Part shown: positions 11,496-22,912 of the stretch, piece after piece
How positions within the stretch are numbered: the stretch's first letter is position 1
How the letters are laid out: every line of letters starts with the position of its first letter
Source of the DNA: Calditrichia bacterium
Lineage (GTDB): Bacteria > Calditrichota > Calditrichia > JAJRVZ01
Assembly (NCBI GenBank): GCA_963796965.1
Contig: CAWCNS010000016.1
Coordinates: forward strand, 256,001 to 320,000
Direction of reading: 5' to 3'
Length of the DNA: 64,000 nucleotides
Translations under genes and position numbers: made by a program
Notes under the pieces: generated by a model
Seen by the model: only the letters and a program-made list of their open reading frames with translations
What the model was told of the DNA's origin: nothing
Database searches by the model: none

Positions 11496-11597
11496 GGAAA
11501 ACTCCTTTAATCTATATTAAATCTGTAGATAAAAATCTATTTCACCATGAATATATATTTATAGTACCAAAGGGTCAAAAAAATATTCTAAACCAAC

Positions 11598-11632
11598 AAA
11601 AAAGGGTAACGGCATATATACACCATTACCCT
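11598..11632 (-). terminator. Probable intrinsic terminator after the ferredoxin gene
   Basis: AGGGTAACGG...CCATTACCCT stem with an A-tract (T-tract on the minus strand). Confidence 0.6.
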
Positions 11633-11663
11633 ATAATGCTAAGTGAAATAATGACACAAAAAA

Positions 11664-11942
<279 letters not shown>

Positions 11943-11960
11943 TTATCTGAATTATTGGAT

Positions 11961-12167
11961 TCAGTCCAACAATCTGAATCCGACCTTTAGAATAACCTGA
12001 TATTCTGAGACTTCATCTTCCTTGATGCCTCCCCGCATTTGAGCAACTTCGAACCAGCTCAATCCTTTCAAAGACTTTGACGCTTCTTTGATCGCACTCT
12101 TAATTGCATCCTCGTAACTCTTTGTGGAAACGCCTACAAGTTCAATAATTTTATAGGTTTTACTCAT
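11961..12167 (-). CDS. Dodecin family flavin-binding protein
   Basis: YKIIELVGVS...WFEV...EYQVILKVGFRL. Confidence 0.92.
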   Translation of the reverse strand: MSKTYKIIELVGVSTKSYEDAIKSAIKEASKSLKGLSWFEVAQMRGGIKEDEVSEYQVILKVGFRLLD

Positions 12168-12375
12168 ACAAAATTCCCCTTAAATAGGGATAATATAGAT
12201 AATATAGGGCATTAATTCAATAGCTGTTTTGTATGATAAAGTTGATGGCTGAATTAGGTTTTTTATCTAAAATCTTCTTTTTTTATCACCTAAACTAAAA
12301 AAATCATTATATTGTGAACAATCTATTTTGCTCTAATAAGTTTAGTCCAACCATCTAGCAGATTTTAAATATTCT

Positions 12376-15300
12376 ATGAATGAATATGATATCCAATCTG
12401 ACCATCCCAGAATCAAATTATATTTTAAAGAATTGCAGAAAACAAAAACCAACAAGACTTATAGTACAACAAGATATAAGTTGTTTGCCCGGTTGATAAA
12501 GTATTTTGCCGGACAGGTCGGTTGGGTGTTTTATGAAAGATTTCCGGTACCTGCTGATAAACGGGTTGTTTCTGTAGACGCTTTACTCCTCGATTCCTTT
12601 AACATTATTCAGGGAATCTGCATAGATTTACCTGATATTTATGATAGGAAAATAAAAATTAAGGAAGCGCTTTCGACAGGAATTCCTACAAATAATATAT
12701 TGTTTATACAAACAGAATGGCTAATACTCTGGCGCAGAGGGAAAAAAATGATAGAGATGCGCTGTCTCTCTCCCAAAGATACCGCTTCTGTACTGACCAC
12801 TTTTTTTCGCTCTCCTTATAAGAACGCTTCTGATCTTGAACCACTCATGGAACGTGCCCATTCAGAAGGTAACCTGGTCGCCCGGACCTGGGTTGAAACA
12901 GTTAAAAAGGAGTCAGAGGAAAACGAACCCTTTAAAAAAGCGCTAAATATTCTTAAACAGAATTTCCATAAATCGGATTTTCCGGATCAACCTGCAGATA
13001 CTATTGGGAATATGCTTGTAAAATATCTGCTGATACGACGATTTTGTGATAAAATTTTTCGCCGGTCGAGTTATATCACCTCATCTCATTTATCCGCAGA
13101 AATTGAAAAAGTTATCTCTCTTGCTCCAACTCTGCGTCTTCCACCTGATCTAGTTAAAGATCTCGAAACACAACTCCGCCAGGTATCTGGCCAGCTTAAG
13201 ACACAGAATGAAAAACTACTTTTATTAGAAACGATTGTCTCAAAATTTTTTCCGCGCATTCAGAAAAGAATCACCGAAATTTATAGCCGAAACATTAGTC
13301 ATGAAGTTCTTTCAAATCTATGTACAAAATTTCTTGCGGATGTAATGGAAAAGGAGTTTAATCTGAAAATTGGTGATAATGAAATCAATATCCTTGTTCC
13401 TTTCTGCCATAATGGTGCTTATATAAGGCAAATTCTACTTGGATTATCAAAAAAACAGGTAGAGGACAAATATCGAAAAGAACTTTATGGTAATGAGACG
13501 GATATTATTTCATATTTTATATCTTTGATAAATATCGAAAACACATATATAGATTTGAAGGGACATTATCAGGCATTTAGCGGACTAAATTTAATTAATA
13601 CTTTTTCCCTTACGGACGAAGAAGATCTGTCACTTTATAATGATGAAAATAGCTTACGACGAGACAAATTAAAACATATACCTTTCAACATAATCCTTGG
13701 TGAAACCCCTCATGTAAGTCGGAGGGAATCATCTCAAAAAAACAGAGATTCGTCTATACTTGATAAAAGAGTCTTAATGACATATGGCCGCTCTTCGAAA
13801 GCGAGGAACAAAAGTGTTCTATCAGATTCCTATGTAAAGGCGCTGCGGTGGGCGAGTGACGCCATAATCAGGAGCAAAGAAGGAATAGTTTGTCTGGTCT
13901 GTAAAAACAATTTTATCGGAGATCTGGCTTTTGATGGTCTCAGACAACATCTCAATAGAGATTTTGATGCCGTGTTCGTACTTGAATTGGGAAGTGATGA
14001 AAATAATCAATCCATAAATCATTTTGATACCAATAAGGCATTATTGATTCTGATTAAAAGGAAAAATTTTTCCAAAAGCGGCATATATTACCACCGTACA
14101 GGATGGGGGGATCTTCTGAGCAAATCCTGTAACGGGAATATTAATTTTTATACATGTTTTCCCTGGCGGAAGATTCAACCAGATAAACATAATACCTGGA
14201 TGACGGAGGGATTACAAAAAGATTTTGAAACCCACCTTCCCTTAGGTACAAAAATATCCAAGACGGGGAGAGGTAATGCTATTTTTCGTAATTATGGCCG
14301 GGGATTAGCCACATCACGGGACGCCTGGGTCTATAATTTTAACCGTGAAAACCTGGTGAGTAATATCCAGGATCTAATTCGAATTTACAACAAACATGTC
14401 CAAACGTGGGCAGAAATGCCTTCAAAACCACAATTAGAAGCATATTTAACAGATTCAAATGCAGATATCCCGTGGTCCGAAACTTTAAAAAGTTATTTGA
14501 AACGCCATGTACGATTACGATTTCGGGCAACGGCAATGCGTGAGGCAATTTACAGGCCCTTTGTTAAAAAACATGTCTATTTTGATCAGTATCTCGTTGA
14601 GCGTTGGTATCAGCTACCCCATATGCTTCCAACTGAAAGAAATGAACGTGAAAACCGGTTGATCTGTGTTTCATCTCCTGGCTCAAAGCATTTCTCCTGT
14701 CTTATGACCAATAGAATCCCTGATTTAAATTTATTTGCAGGAGCATCTCCGATTCAATGTTTCCCCATATTTCATTATGATAAAGATGGTAAAAATCGAA
14801 ATCAGAATATTACTTGTTGGGCTTTGGAAAAATTCGTATCCTTTTATCGCGATGAGGGTATCACAAAATATGACTTGTTTCATTACATCTATGCCGTTCT
14901 CCATCATCCAACCTATTTGCGGAAATATGCTGCGAATCTGAGAAAAGAATTACCCCGGATTCCATTGGTCAAGTCTTATTATAATTTAGTGGAGGCAGGT
15001 AAAAATCTTGCACGCATTCACCTCTATTATGATGGCCAGGAAGAATATCCGGTTAAATTATCAACGTCATTTGGGGCTAAGCCAGAATGGCGAATTGAAC
15101 AAATATATTTATCGGAGGACAGGGGACGTATTATTCTAAATGATAATTTGATTGTATCAAACATCCCCTCCCTGGCTTTTAATTATCTTATCGGAAACCG
15201 CTCTGCCTTAGAATGGGTCGTTGATCAGTATCGGCTAAAACTTCCATTTTCCAGCGGACAGCCGGATGATCCAAATATAGAGGATGATCCTTCTAATCTT

Positions 15301-15412
15301 CTGCGTTTGATTGGACAGATCATCACGGTAAGACTTGAAATCTGTAAAAATAATTGAAGGCATGCCTGCCTGGGAAGAAATCGATGATGCGAACCTGCTT
15401 GAAAAAAGGTAA
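12376..15412 (+). CDS. Type ISP/IIG-like restriction-modification protein homolog with degenerate methyltransferase motifs
   Basis: C-terminal type ISP specificity region (TSRDAWVYNF, YRPFVK, LRKELPRIP, GNRSALEWVVDQY). Motif I-like ILVPFCHNGAY and motif IV-like GETPH. The ORF track ends at 15357; removing one A from a homopolymer gives ...KIIEGMPAW...KR* ending at 15412. Confidence 0.75.
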
Positions 15413-15643
15413 AAGGAAAGACGAAACCCGGTATAGTCATCGCTATTTAGGCGGAGCGGAATCTTATAAAAATGAAACACTTAGAACCTGTCCGAAGGAC
15501 TCCTTTGGAGAAACAAGCCTGTCCTGGCGCCAGGCCTGGGTTCACGATGACCCTGACTCGCCTCTTTTTCTCTCCACATTTAAAGTCAAGAATCTGTAAA
15601 CACATGGTCAAGACAATACAAGTTGTTCTTAGAAAGGAAATAC

Positions 15644-17037
15644 ATGTTTAGTCGAGAAACATATACACTGAGACGAAATAGGTTGGTTAATGATGTAGAT
15701 TCTGGTCTGGTGCTTTTTCTGGGAAATGATGAGATGCCCATGAATTACAAAGGGAACACGTTCCGTTTTAGACAAGACAGTTCATTTTTATACTTCACCG
15801 GATTAGATTTACCAGGATTATCTGTTGTGATTGATATCGATTCCGGAGAAACAACATTATTCGGCGATGATCTGACGATAGACGATATCATTTGGATGGG
15901 ACCACAACCATTATTAAAAGATCAGGCAGCACAGGTTGGAATTAACCATGTTCGACCGGTGAGTGCTATGGAAAAATATCTAAAGGAAAATGCCCGAAAA
16001 GGACGAAAAATTAATTATTTACCGCCGTATCATGAAATCCATATCTCAAGATTGTCGGATCTATTAGGAATAAAGAGGGATCAGATTTATGCTAATTCTT
16101 CAGAGGCCCTTATTCTTGCAGTGGTTGCACAGCGTTCGATTAAATCTATGGAAGAAATTGAAGAGTTGGAGAAAGCACAACATATCGCTTATGATATGCA
16201 TATTACTGCCATGGGTATGGCAAGACCCGGAATCTTTGAACGAGAAATTTCTGGTGCTATTGAAGGCGTCGCCGCTTCCCGGGGGCCAGGAGTCTCTTTT
16301 CCGGTTATTTTGTCCATTAGGGGTGAAATTTTGCATAATCATTATCATGGTAACCAATTAAAAGACGGGGACATGATTATAAATGACTCAGGTGCTGAAT
16401 CAGAATTACATTATGCCTCTGATATTACGAGAACATTTCCGGTTAGCGGAACATTTACATCACCACAACGGGATATCTATGAAATTGTTTTGGCTGCTCA
16501 GATAAGCTTCGATTAATGCTGTGGCACCTGGGAAGAAAAATAAGGATATCCATTTGCAATGTGCAAGAATAATTGCCGAGGGTCTAAATAGAACTAGGTT
16601 TCATGAAAGGTGATATTGATGAAGCTGTCCGCGAGGGAGCTCATGCGCTGTTTTTTCCCCATGGACTAGGCCATATGCTTGGCCTTGATGTGCATGATAT
16701 GGAGGGGCTTGGCGAAGATAGGGTCGGATATAATAATGAGGTTAACCGCAGCGAACAATTCGGCCTGGCTTACCTGCGATTGGCCAAGACTCTTCGTCCT
16801 GGTTATGTTCTCACTATAGAGCCGGGTATTTATTTTATACCCCAGCTTATAGATAAATGGAAAAATGAAAATAAATTTCCAGATTATATTGATTACAACC
16901 AGGTTGAAAAATATAAGGGTTTCGGTGGTGTGAGAATTGAGGATGATGTGGTTGTAACTAAGGAGGGGCAGCAGGTTATCGGCAAGCCCATCCCAAAATC
17001 AATCACCGAAGTAGAAGCCGCCTGTCAGAAGGATTAG
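15644..17037 (+). CDS. pepP: Xaa-Pro aminopeptidase (M24B); apparent frameshifts near 16510 and 16588
   Basis: FRQDSSFLYFTG, ILHNH, DSGAE, YASDITRTFPV, PHGLGHMLGLDVHD, TIEPGIYF, GVRIEDD. Confidence 0.9.
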
Positions 17038-17112
17038 AAAAGAGTGTCGGTGGGTTATATATAATGAATCTCTTCCGGAGACACAAAGTATTATAATTAT
17101 TTAGGTTAGCTG

Positions 17113-18000
17113 ATGTGTTTAAATTATATCCTGTTATTTTTGGTCATATTGATCATACCAGGGATGAGTCATTCTGAAACCATTGTGATCATTTACACAC
17201 ATAATACCAATGGTGTCTTTGAAAATTGCGATTGTCCCGAGCATTCTTATGGAGCCATTGAAAAGCGTGCTTTTATAATTGATAGTGTGCGTAAGGCAGA
17301 AAAAAATGTCCTCCTCATCGACACGGGCGATATCCTTGATATTAGAAAAAGCAGATTGCTGCATGATTATATAATGCGCGCCTATGCTTTATTAAAATAT
17401 GACTATTGGGTGCCTGGCGATCAGGATTTTATTGAAGGCAGTTCCTTCTTTTTTGATCAAATGTCAAAAAAGGCTGGTAAAATGCTGATTGCAAACCTTT
17501 TATATCAGGGCGAAAAGGTTGGAAGGGATTCGGCCATAGAAAAATTTTGTAAAACCAGTATTGGATTAGCCGGAACTATCCGTGCTGATCTTTTTAAATA
17601 TCTTGATCCGGATTTGCAGAAAGACTTTTTATTTAAAGAACAGATTAGTTCTCTCGCACCGATCATTTTGAAATTAAAAAGCGAGAGTGACTTTGTTATT
17701 TTGCTGTCCCATAGTGGGATGGACCGCGATCGTGAAATTGCCCGAAAATATCCTGATATCGACTTAATCCTGGGTGCCCATTCACAAACATTACTTATGG
17801 AACCCGAAAGAGTCGGAAATACATATATTACCCAGATTGGAGAAAGTGGATATAGGGTGGGTATTCTTAAACTTTCATTTAAAAATAAATATCTTTCTTC
17901 TCTGGATAATCGGGTGATTCTTTTAACAAAAAAAAGAGGTGAAGATCCTTCTATCAACGCTCTCATATCCGAGTATCATCAAAAAAGATTAGAGAAGTGA
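17113..18000 (+). CDS. Exported UshA/5'-nucleotidase-like metallophosphoesterase N-terminal domain protein with a CxC motif
   Basis: Signal peptide; YTHNTNGVFENCDCP, IDTGD, LLSHSG, ILGAHS; no C-terminal substrate domain. Confidence 0.7.
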   Translation: MCLNYILLFLVILIIPGMSHSETIVIIYTHNTNGVFENCDCPEHSYGAIEKRAFIIDSVRKAEKNVLLIDTGDILDIRKSRLLHDYIMRAYALLKYDYWVPGDQDFIEGSSFFFDQMSKKAGKMLIANLLYQGEKVGRDSAIEKFCKTSIGLAGTIRADLFKYLDPDLQKDFLFKEQISSLAPIILKLKSESDFVILLSHSGMDRDREIARKYPDIDLILGAHSQTLLMEPERVGNTYITQIGESGYRVGILKLSFKNKYLSSLDNRVILLTKKRGEDPSINALISEYHQKRLEK

Positions 18001-18079
18001 AATTGATCTGTAACAAAAATAGCTATATATTCAAGTTTATTCTTAAAGATAAGCAGAATTTAAAATAAGGAGAAACAAA

Positions 18080-18178
18080 TTGGGAAAGCAATTAAAATCT
18101 GTTGTCAAACGTAAACGTCGTAAACGCTGGATTGAGAGAAAAAAGGATGCCGTCAAGACGTTAAAGAAGCATAAATAA
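18080..18178 (+). CDS. Small highly basic protein, 32 aa (MGKQLKSVVKRKRRKRWIERKKDAVKTLKKHK)
   Basis: TTG start after an AAGGAG RBS; fills the intergenic gap; below the ORF-track length cutoff. Confidence 0.65.
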   Translation: MGKQLKSVVKRKRRKRWIERKKDAVKTLKKHK

Positions 18179-18194
18179 ACTTTAAAATAATACT

Positions 18195-18758
18195 ATGCAC
18201 ATTATCACTGGCATACTTCTATCATTACTTGTAAAGGGAGAGAAAGATAATTTTAAATCTCCCTTGCTGAAGATGAGCTGGCCGATTAAAACAGTTCATC
18301 TCCTACCTGGACGAGTACGTTTCAGAATTCCATTAATGATGGGAAATTCTTCCGATTTAACGCGTGTTTCTTCTGACATGAAAAAAATTAGAGGAGTAAA
18401 GACTATTGCGTTTAATGAAATTAATGGCAGTATACTCATTCATTTCGAGGAAAGACAGGTTCAGGCAGATTTGCTTTTTGCTGCTCTAATCCGTCTCCTT
18501 GGCTTAGAGGACGAATTATCTAAAGTACCCACTTCCAAGGTGAACAGAGAGTTTCGGAATGTTATTGAAGCCCTTAATCAGGTAGTCTACGACAAAACGA
18601 ATGGAATTATTGATTTTTATACGGCATTGCCTATTGTTCTTGCTGTATTAGGAGTCAGTAAAATTGTCAATGAACGCACTTTGACACTTCCAACTGGATT
18701 AACATTACTTTGGTGGGCTTATAATGCATTAATTTCAAACAAAAACGGTAAGGGTTAA
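18195..18758 (+). CDS. HMA2-domain membrane protein (FezC-like)
   Basis: HLLPGRVRFR motif; C-terminal hydrophobic segment ending TLLWWAY. Confidence 0.7.
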   Translation: MHIITGILLSLLVKGEKDNFKSPLLKMSWPIKTVHLLPGRVRFRIPLMMGNSSDLTRVSSDMKKIRGVKTIAFNEINGSILIHFEERQVQADLLFAALIRLLGLEDELSKVPTSKVNREFRNVIEALNQVVYDKTNGIIDFYTALPIVLAVLGVSKIVNERTLTLPTGLTLLWWAYNALISNKNGKG

Positions 18759-19180
18759 TGCCGTTAGAAAAGATATTTAAATCGATTCACCTGCGGCCGA
18801 GGATTCTTCACCGCTTGCCAGGGCGGCTGCGTATCCATATTCCTGCGTTAAGACAGATATCGGAACAATTTCAGATATTTGTAAACTTATTGTTAAAAGA
18901 TTTCACTCTTCCCAATGGTATCCGGACAGTCAAGATAAATTTTATTACTGGGAATTTATTGGTTGAATATGATTTCAAAGTAACTGAGGAAAGAGAGATT
19001 CTTTGCTGGCTGGAGGATATTACAATGATAGCAAAGGGGGTCTGGTCGAGATTTTCTCAGGTGAAAAATGGGAAGAAAGATCAAATAAGTGCAAATCTTA
19101 TTGATTTTTTCACTCAAAAATCAAACAATAATGAGAACTTAGATAAAAACTTCTATATTCCAGAATATGTTTGGAACTAA
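18758..19180 (+). CDS. HMA2-domain protein
   Basis: HRLPGRLRIH...NFITGNLLVEYD; translationally coupled to both neighbours. Confidence 0.72.
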   Translation: MPLEKIFKSIHLRPRILHRLPGRLRIHIPALRQISEQFQIFVNLLLKDFTLPNGIRTVKINFITGNLLVEYDFKVTEEREILCWLEDITMIAKGVWSRFSQVKNGKKDQISANLIDFFTQKSNNNENLDKNFYIPEYVWN

Positions 19181-21374
19181 AAAACAACCATTACTTTCCT
19201 GTTCGATTAGGCATGCTCTGCCTGGTCGGATTAGGATATCCTGCAGGGCTTTGAGGTATCTTAAGGAATATGTGGCTGAAATAGAGGAGCGCCATGTGAG
19301 TATTCCGACGATATATAAAGCAAAGGTTTCAGTGGTTACTGAAAATATTTTAATAAACTACGATCCAATCCTTACCGATGCAGAGGAGATACGGGATATG
19401 GCAGAATCAATTATTTCAACCTATTCCCGCATTGCCTACCTGGCAGAAAGAGACTTGATTCACAAAACCACAGTTAATGAAAGACGGATCCAGGAAGCAC
19501 CGATCAGTGAAATGATTACCCGCGTGGTTGTAACTACAGTAACATTAGTCATGGCATGGCTAAGAAAGGGCAAATCAACACCAGCAACAACACTGCTTGG
19601 AAAATTTTTAAATATGCCTGCTTTGACTACACTTTCACTGGGTATGCCCATATTTAGAAGCGGTTTGGAATCTCTGCGAAAGGATATGCGGCCGAATGCT
19701 GATACGTTAAGTTCTGCCGCGATTTTGGCAGGTCTTTTGACCGGAAGCGGTTCATCGGCATTAACGATTATTTGGTTGGCAGATATCGCTGAATTATTAA
19801 CCGCGTATACAATGGTGCGAACCAGAAAAGCAATTCATGAAATGTTATCAATTGGTGAAGAATATGTATGGCTGTATAAATGAAGATAATACAGAGAAAA
19901 AGGTACCGCTGGATTCATTAAAGACCGGAGATCGTATTGCTGCTCAAACAGGTGAAAAAATAAGTGTTGATGGTTTAGTGAATAGTGGGGAAGCCGTTGT
20001 AGATCAATCATCAATTACAGGAGAATTTCTACCGTTAATAAAAAGAAAAATGATCAAGGCTTTTGCAGGTACAGTGGTTAAAAGTGGTCGTCTTGGTTAT
20101 TAAAGCGGAAAAAGTTGGTGACGAAACAACCGTTGGGCGAATTATTCATATGGTTGAAGAAGCCTCTCATCATAAGGCAGCAATTCAATCCTATGCTGAT
20201 CGGTTCTCGGCACAATTTATACCGGTGAATTTTGCTCTTGCACTTATTGTATATCTTGTTACCAAAAATTTTTCCCGGGCACTTAATATGCTAATTATAG
20301 ATTATTCATGTGGGGTTCGGCTTTCGACAGCAACGGCATTTATCTTCTACGATTGGTTTAGCAGCGAAAAATGGTATTCTGGTTAAAGGGTGGAAATTAT
20401 ATTGAAATGCTTGAAGAAGCAGATACGATAATACTTGATAAAACAGGTACGCTAACAGAGGGTAAAGCACAGGTTAGTAGTATTCTAACGATTAGACCCG
20501 GATATTGATGAACGGAAACTGAGTTGAGTTAGCTGCTGCTGCGGAAGAAACATCAAATCATCCGATGGCCCAGGCTATCCTCGAGCATGTTAAGAAAAAG
20601 GGTTGGAAAATACCAAAACATACGGAATCTAAAGTACATGATTGGAAGAGGTATTGAGACAAAAGTAAGGAAGAACCATATTCGTGTGGGAAATCGCCGG
20701 TATCTTGAGGAAAATGGAATTGATGTTTCACCACACCAGGAGAGATTGATGCGAATGGTAAGACAGGGTGAAAATGTTATTTATGTTGCTGAGGATAAAA
20801 AACTTGATCGGGATGTTGGGAATTCAGGATATTTTACGTGAAAATATGAAAAAAGCACTTAACAGATTGAGACTTATCCGGTATGGATGATATCATTCTT
20901 CTGACAGGTGATGTGGAACATCATGCGGAAATTATTGCCAGCAGAATGGCAATGGATAGTTATCGGGCAGAACTTCTTCCGGAAGATAAGACGGATATCG
21001 TATTACAATTACAATCAAAGGGAGTACAGGTAGTGATGGTTGGTGATGGGATAAATGATGCACCGGCACTAGCATATGCAGATGTAGGCATTGCAATGGG
21101 TGGAACAAGAACCGATGTGGCGATGGAAGCTTCTGATATTACGATAACAGGTGATAATCCACTTATGATTCCAGCCATTATTCACTTGGCGGGGAAAACA
21201 ATGAAAATTGTTCGTCAAAATTTTGCAATTGCGATCGGAGTAAATACGATTGGATTGATGTTAGGGTCTCTTAGGGGTAATTCCTACTTTTTGGGGAGCT
21301 GTATTGCATAATACAACAACCATTGCCGTGGTTATTGAATTCCGGCCGGATATTACTTACATAAACTTGATTAG
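19167..21374 (+). CDS. P1B-6-type heavy-metal P-type ATPase (FezB-like); multiple apparent frameshifts, end approximate
   Basis: HALPGRIR N-terminus, SSITGE, IIDYSCG, DKTGTLTEG (20437), SNHP, LLTGD, GDGINDAPAL and a C-terminal HNTTT, distributed over several frames. Confidence 0.85.
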
Positions 21375-21393
21375 AGCAGAATGTGAGAATATA

Positions 21394-22264
21394 ATGGAAA
21401 AAATATCCACAATTAAGAATCGTACATCAATTACCTGGAAGAGTCAGATTAAGGATTGAATATTCTACCGCAAGATTCTTCAAAAATGGAAAAAATGGTA
21501 AAGAAGTCATCCTGGAATTCTTGAAGTCAAGTATAGTCCTCACAGACACAGTCATTACTATTGATGTTATGAGCCAGGATATAATCACGTCAGGAAGAAC
21601 TCATCATTCGGGCAGCTGTATTATCTATGCACTTGAAAATAATTTTTGTTCCGTTCGAGATATACTCTGATATTGAGGTTACATGAACTCTCTAATATGG
21701 CTTTTCTTTCAGGATTTTTTATTGTGAGTGCCCTCGGATGTAAAACTTTTCAGACGCTTTAGTCAGAGTTCATCAGTTTGTTAGATTGGATTGCGGGCAT
21801 AAGTACAGCTTATTCAATCTTAGATCATGCACATGGTGAGTTGAAAGAACGGGGTAATTTTGATCCTGAAGTTCTATCGATCATTTAACTTTTGATGGCC
21901 TTTATGCAGGGAAATCATATTACCGGCATCTTTCTTTACCTGGATAGCGACATTTGGAAGACATCTGCTTAGAAATGCCATGCAAAAAATGTTGAAATAT
22001 ATGCCTAGAAAATTGGTAGGGACGAATGGAAAAAGAATCATCAATATGAAGTGGTCATAAAACCAATTAATCGGTTGCCGGGTAAACAAATGCTTTTTAA
22101 ATTATTGCCGGCTTTGATCATGCAAACATCGATGGGAGATAGTGCTCGAGTATTGCAGGGTACATTATTAGATGAAATAAAAAAAGTATCTAAAGATCAT
22201 GGTGAAGTATCTTGAAGGTTTTGGTCAATTACAGAATGGGATGCCGATTCGGATACAATATTAA
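21394..22264 (+). CDS. HMA2-like membrane protein; heavily frameshifted and missed by the ORF track
   Basis: Fragments IVHQLPGRVRLR, LLDWIAGISTAYSILDHAHGELKERGNFDPEVLSII, FFTWIATFGRHLL and GMPIRIQY* in different frames. Confidence 0.6.
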
Positions 22265-22476
22265 TCTTAGATTGAATGATAAGATAACGATGGTCACAGA
22301 GATGATCTCAATAGGGATTATTTGTCGTCACGTATACTGAAACAAATTCAGAATACGTTTTAATAGATTCCATAACTTCAATTAAAAACAATGATATTTG
22401 AATTGAAAGAGGATGACAGTTATTTTTAATCTTGTAGTAATAAAAAGAGTAATTAACATGATAAAGGAATAAATAA

Positions 22477-22817
22477 ATGAATATCACATCACAGCATATT
22501 ACAGGATTTGTAGTTGGTGTGGGGGAGCCGCTGTTGGTACTATTTTATAAGAAAAATCAGGCTCAGGTAGATGACTTTTTACGTCGTCAAGGCATCCAGA
22601 TTCCGGAACGGACACTTCGTGAGCCGGCTAATATGATAATCGTATACGTCTCTGTACAGAGCGTCTATTGGCGATATTAGAAATAAAGAAGATGTACCAG
22701 GATCCCGGCAATTTGTACATCGAGGAATAAATATCAGAAAAAGAACGCCTGGAAGATATTATTGCCGAAAAGGAACATGAGTCACAAGAGCCTGTAAAGA
22801 CTGCATCAAAGAAGTAG
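22477..22817 (+). CDS. Small GxxxG single-TM protein (fez-accessory-like); frameshifted/corrupted
   Basis: MNITSQHITGFVVGVG...YKKNQAQVDDFLRRQGIQIP, then in another frame ISEKERLEDIIAEKEHESQEPVKTASKK*. Confidence 0.6.
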
Positions 22818-22912
22818 TTATACTCATCTATAGGTATCTCCGAGTATTATACCGTGGTGGTGTATATAAATGTGAATCGGCTTAAGCGGGCAAGATACAA
22901 ATTTTATCATAT

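Noticed and set aside
18000..18195. Fur box upstream of the fez-like cluster
   Set aside because: Only weak partial GATAA matches; no convincing 19-bp palindrome.
19881..19883. TGA ending ORF 19167-19883 as a possible selenocysteine
   Set aside because: An in-frame TAA follows two codons later, the ATPase continues in another frame, and there is no Cys-type motif; this is a frameshift.
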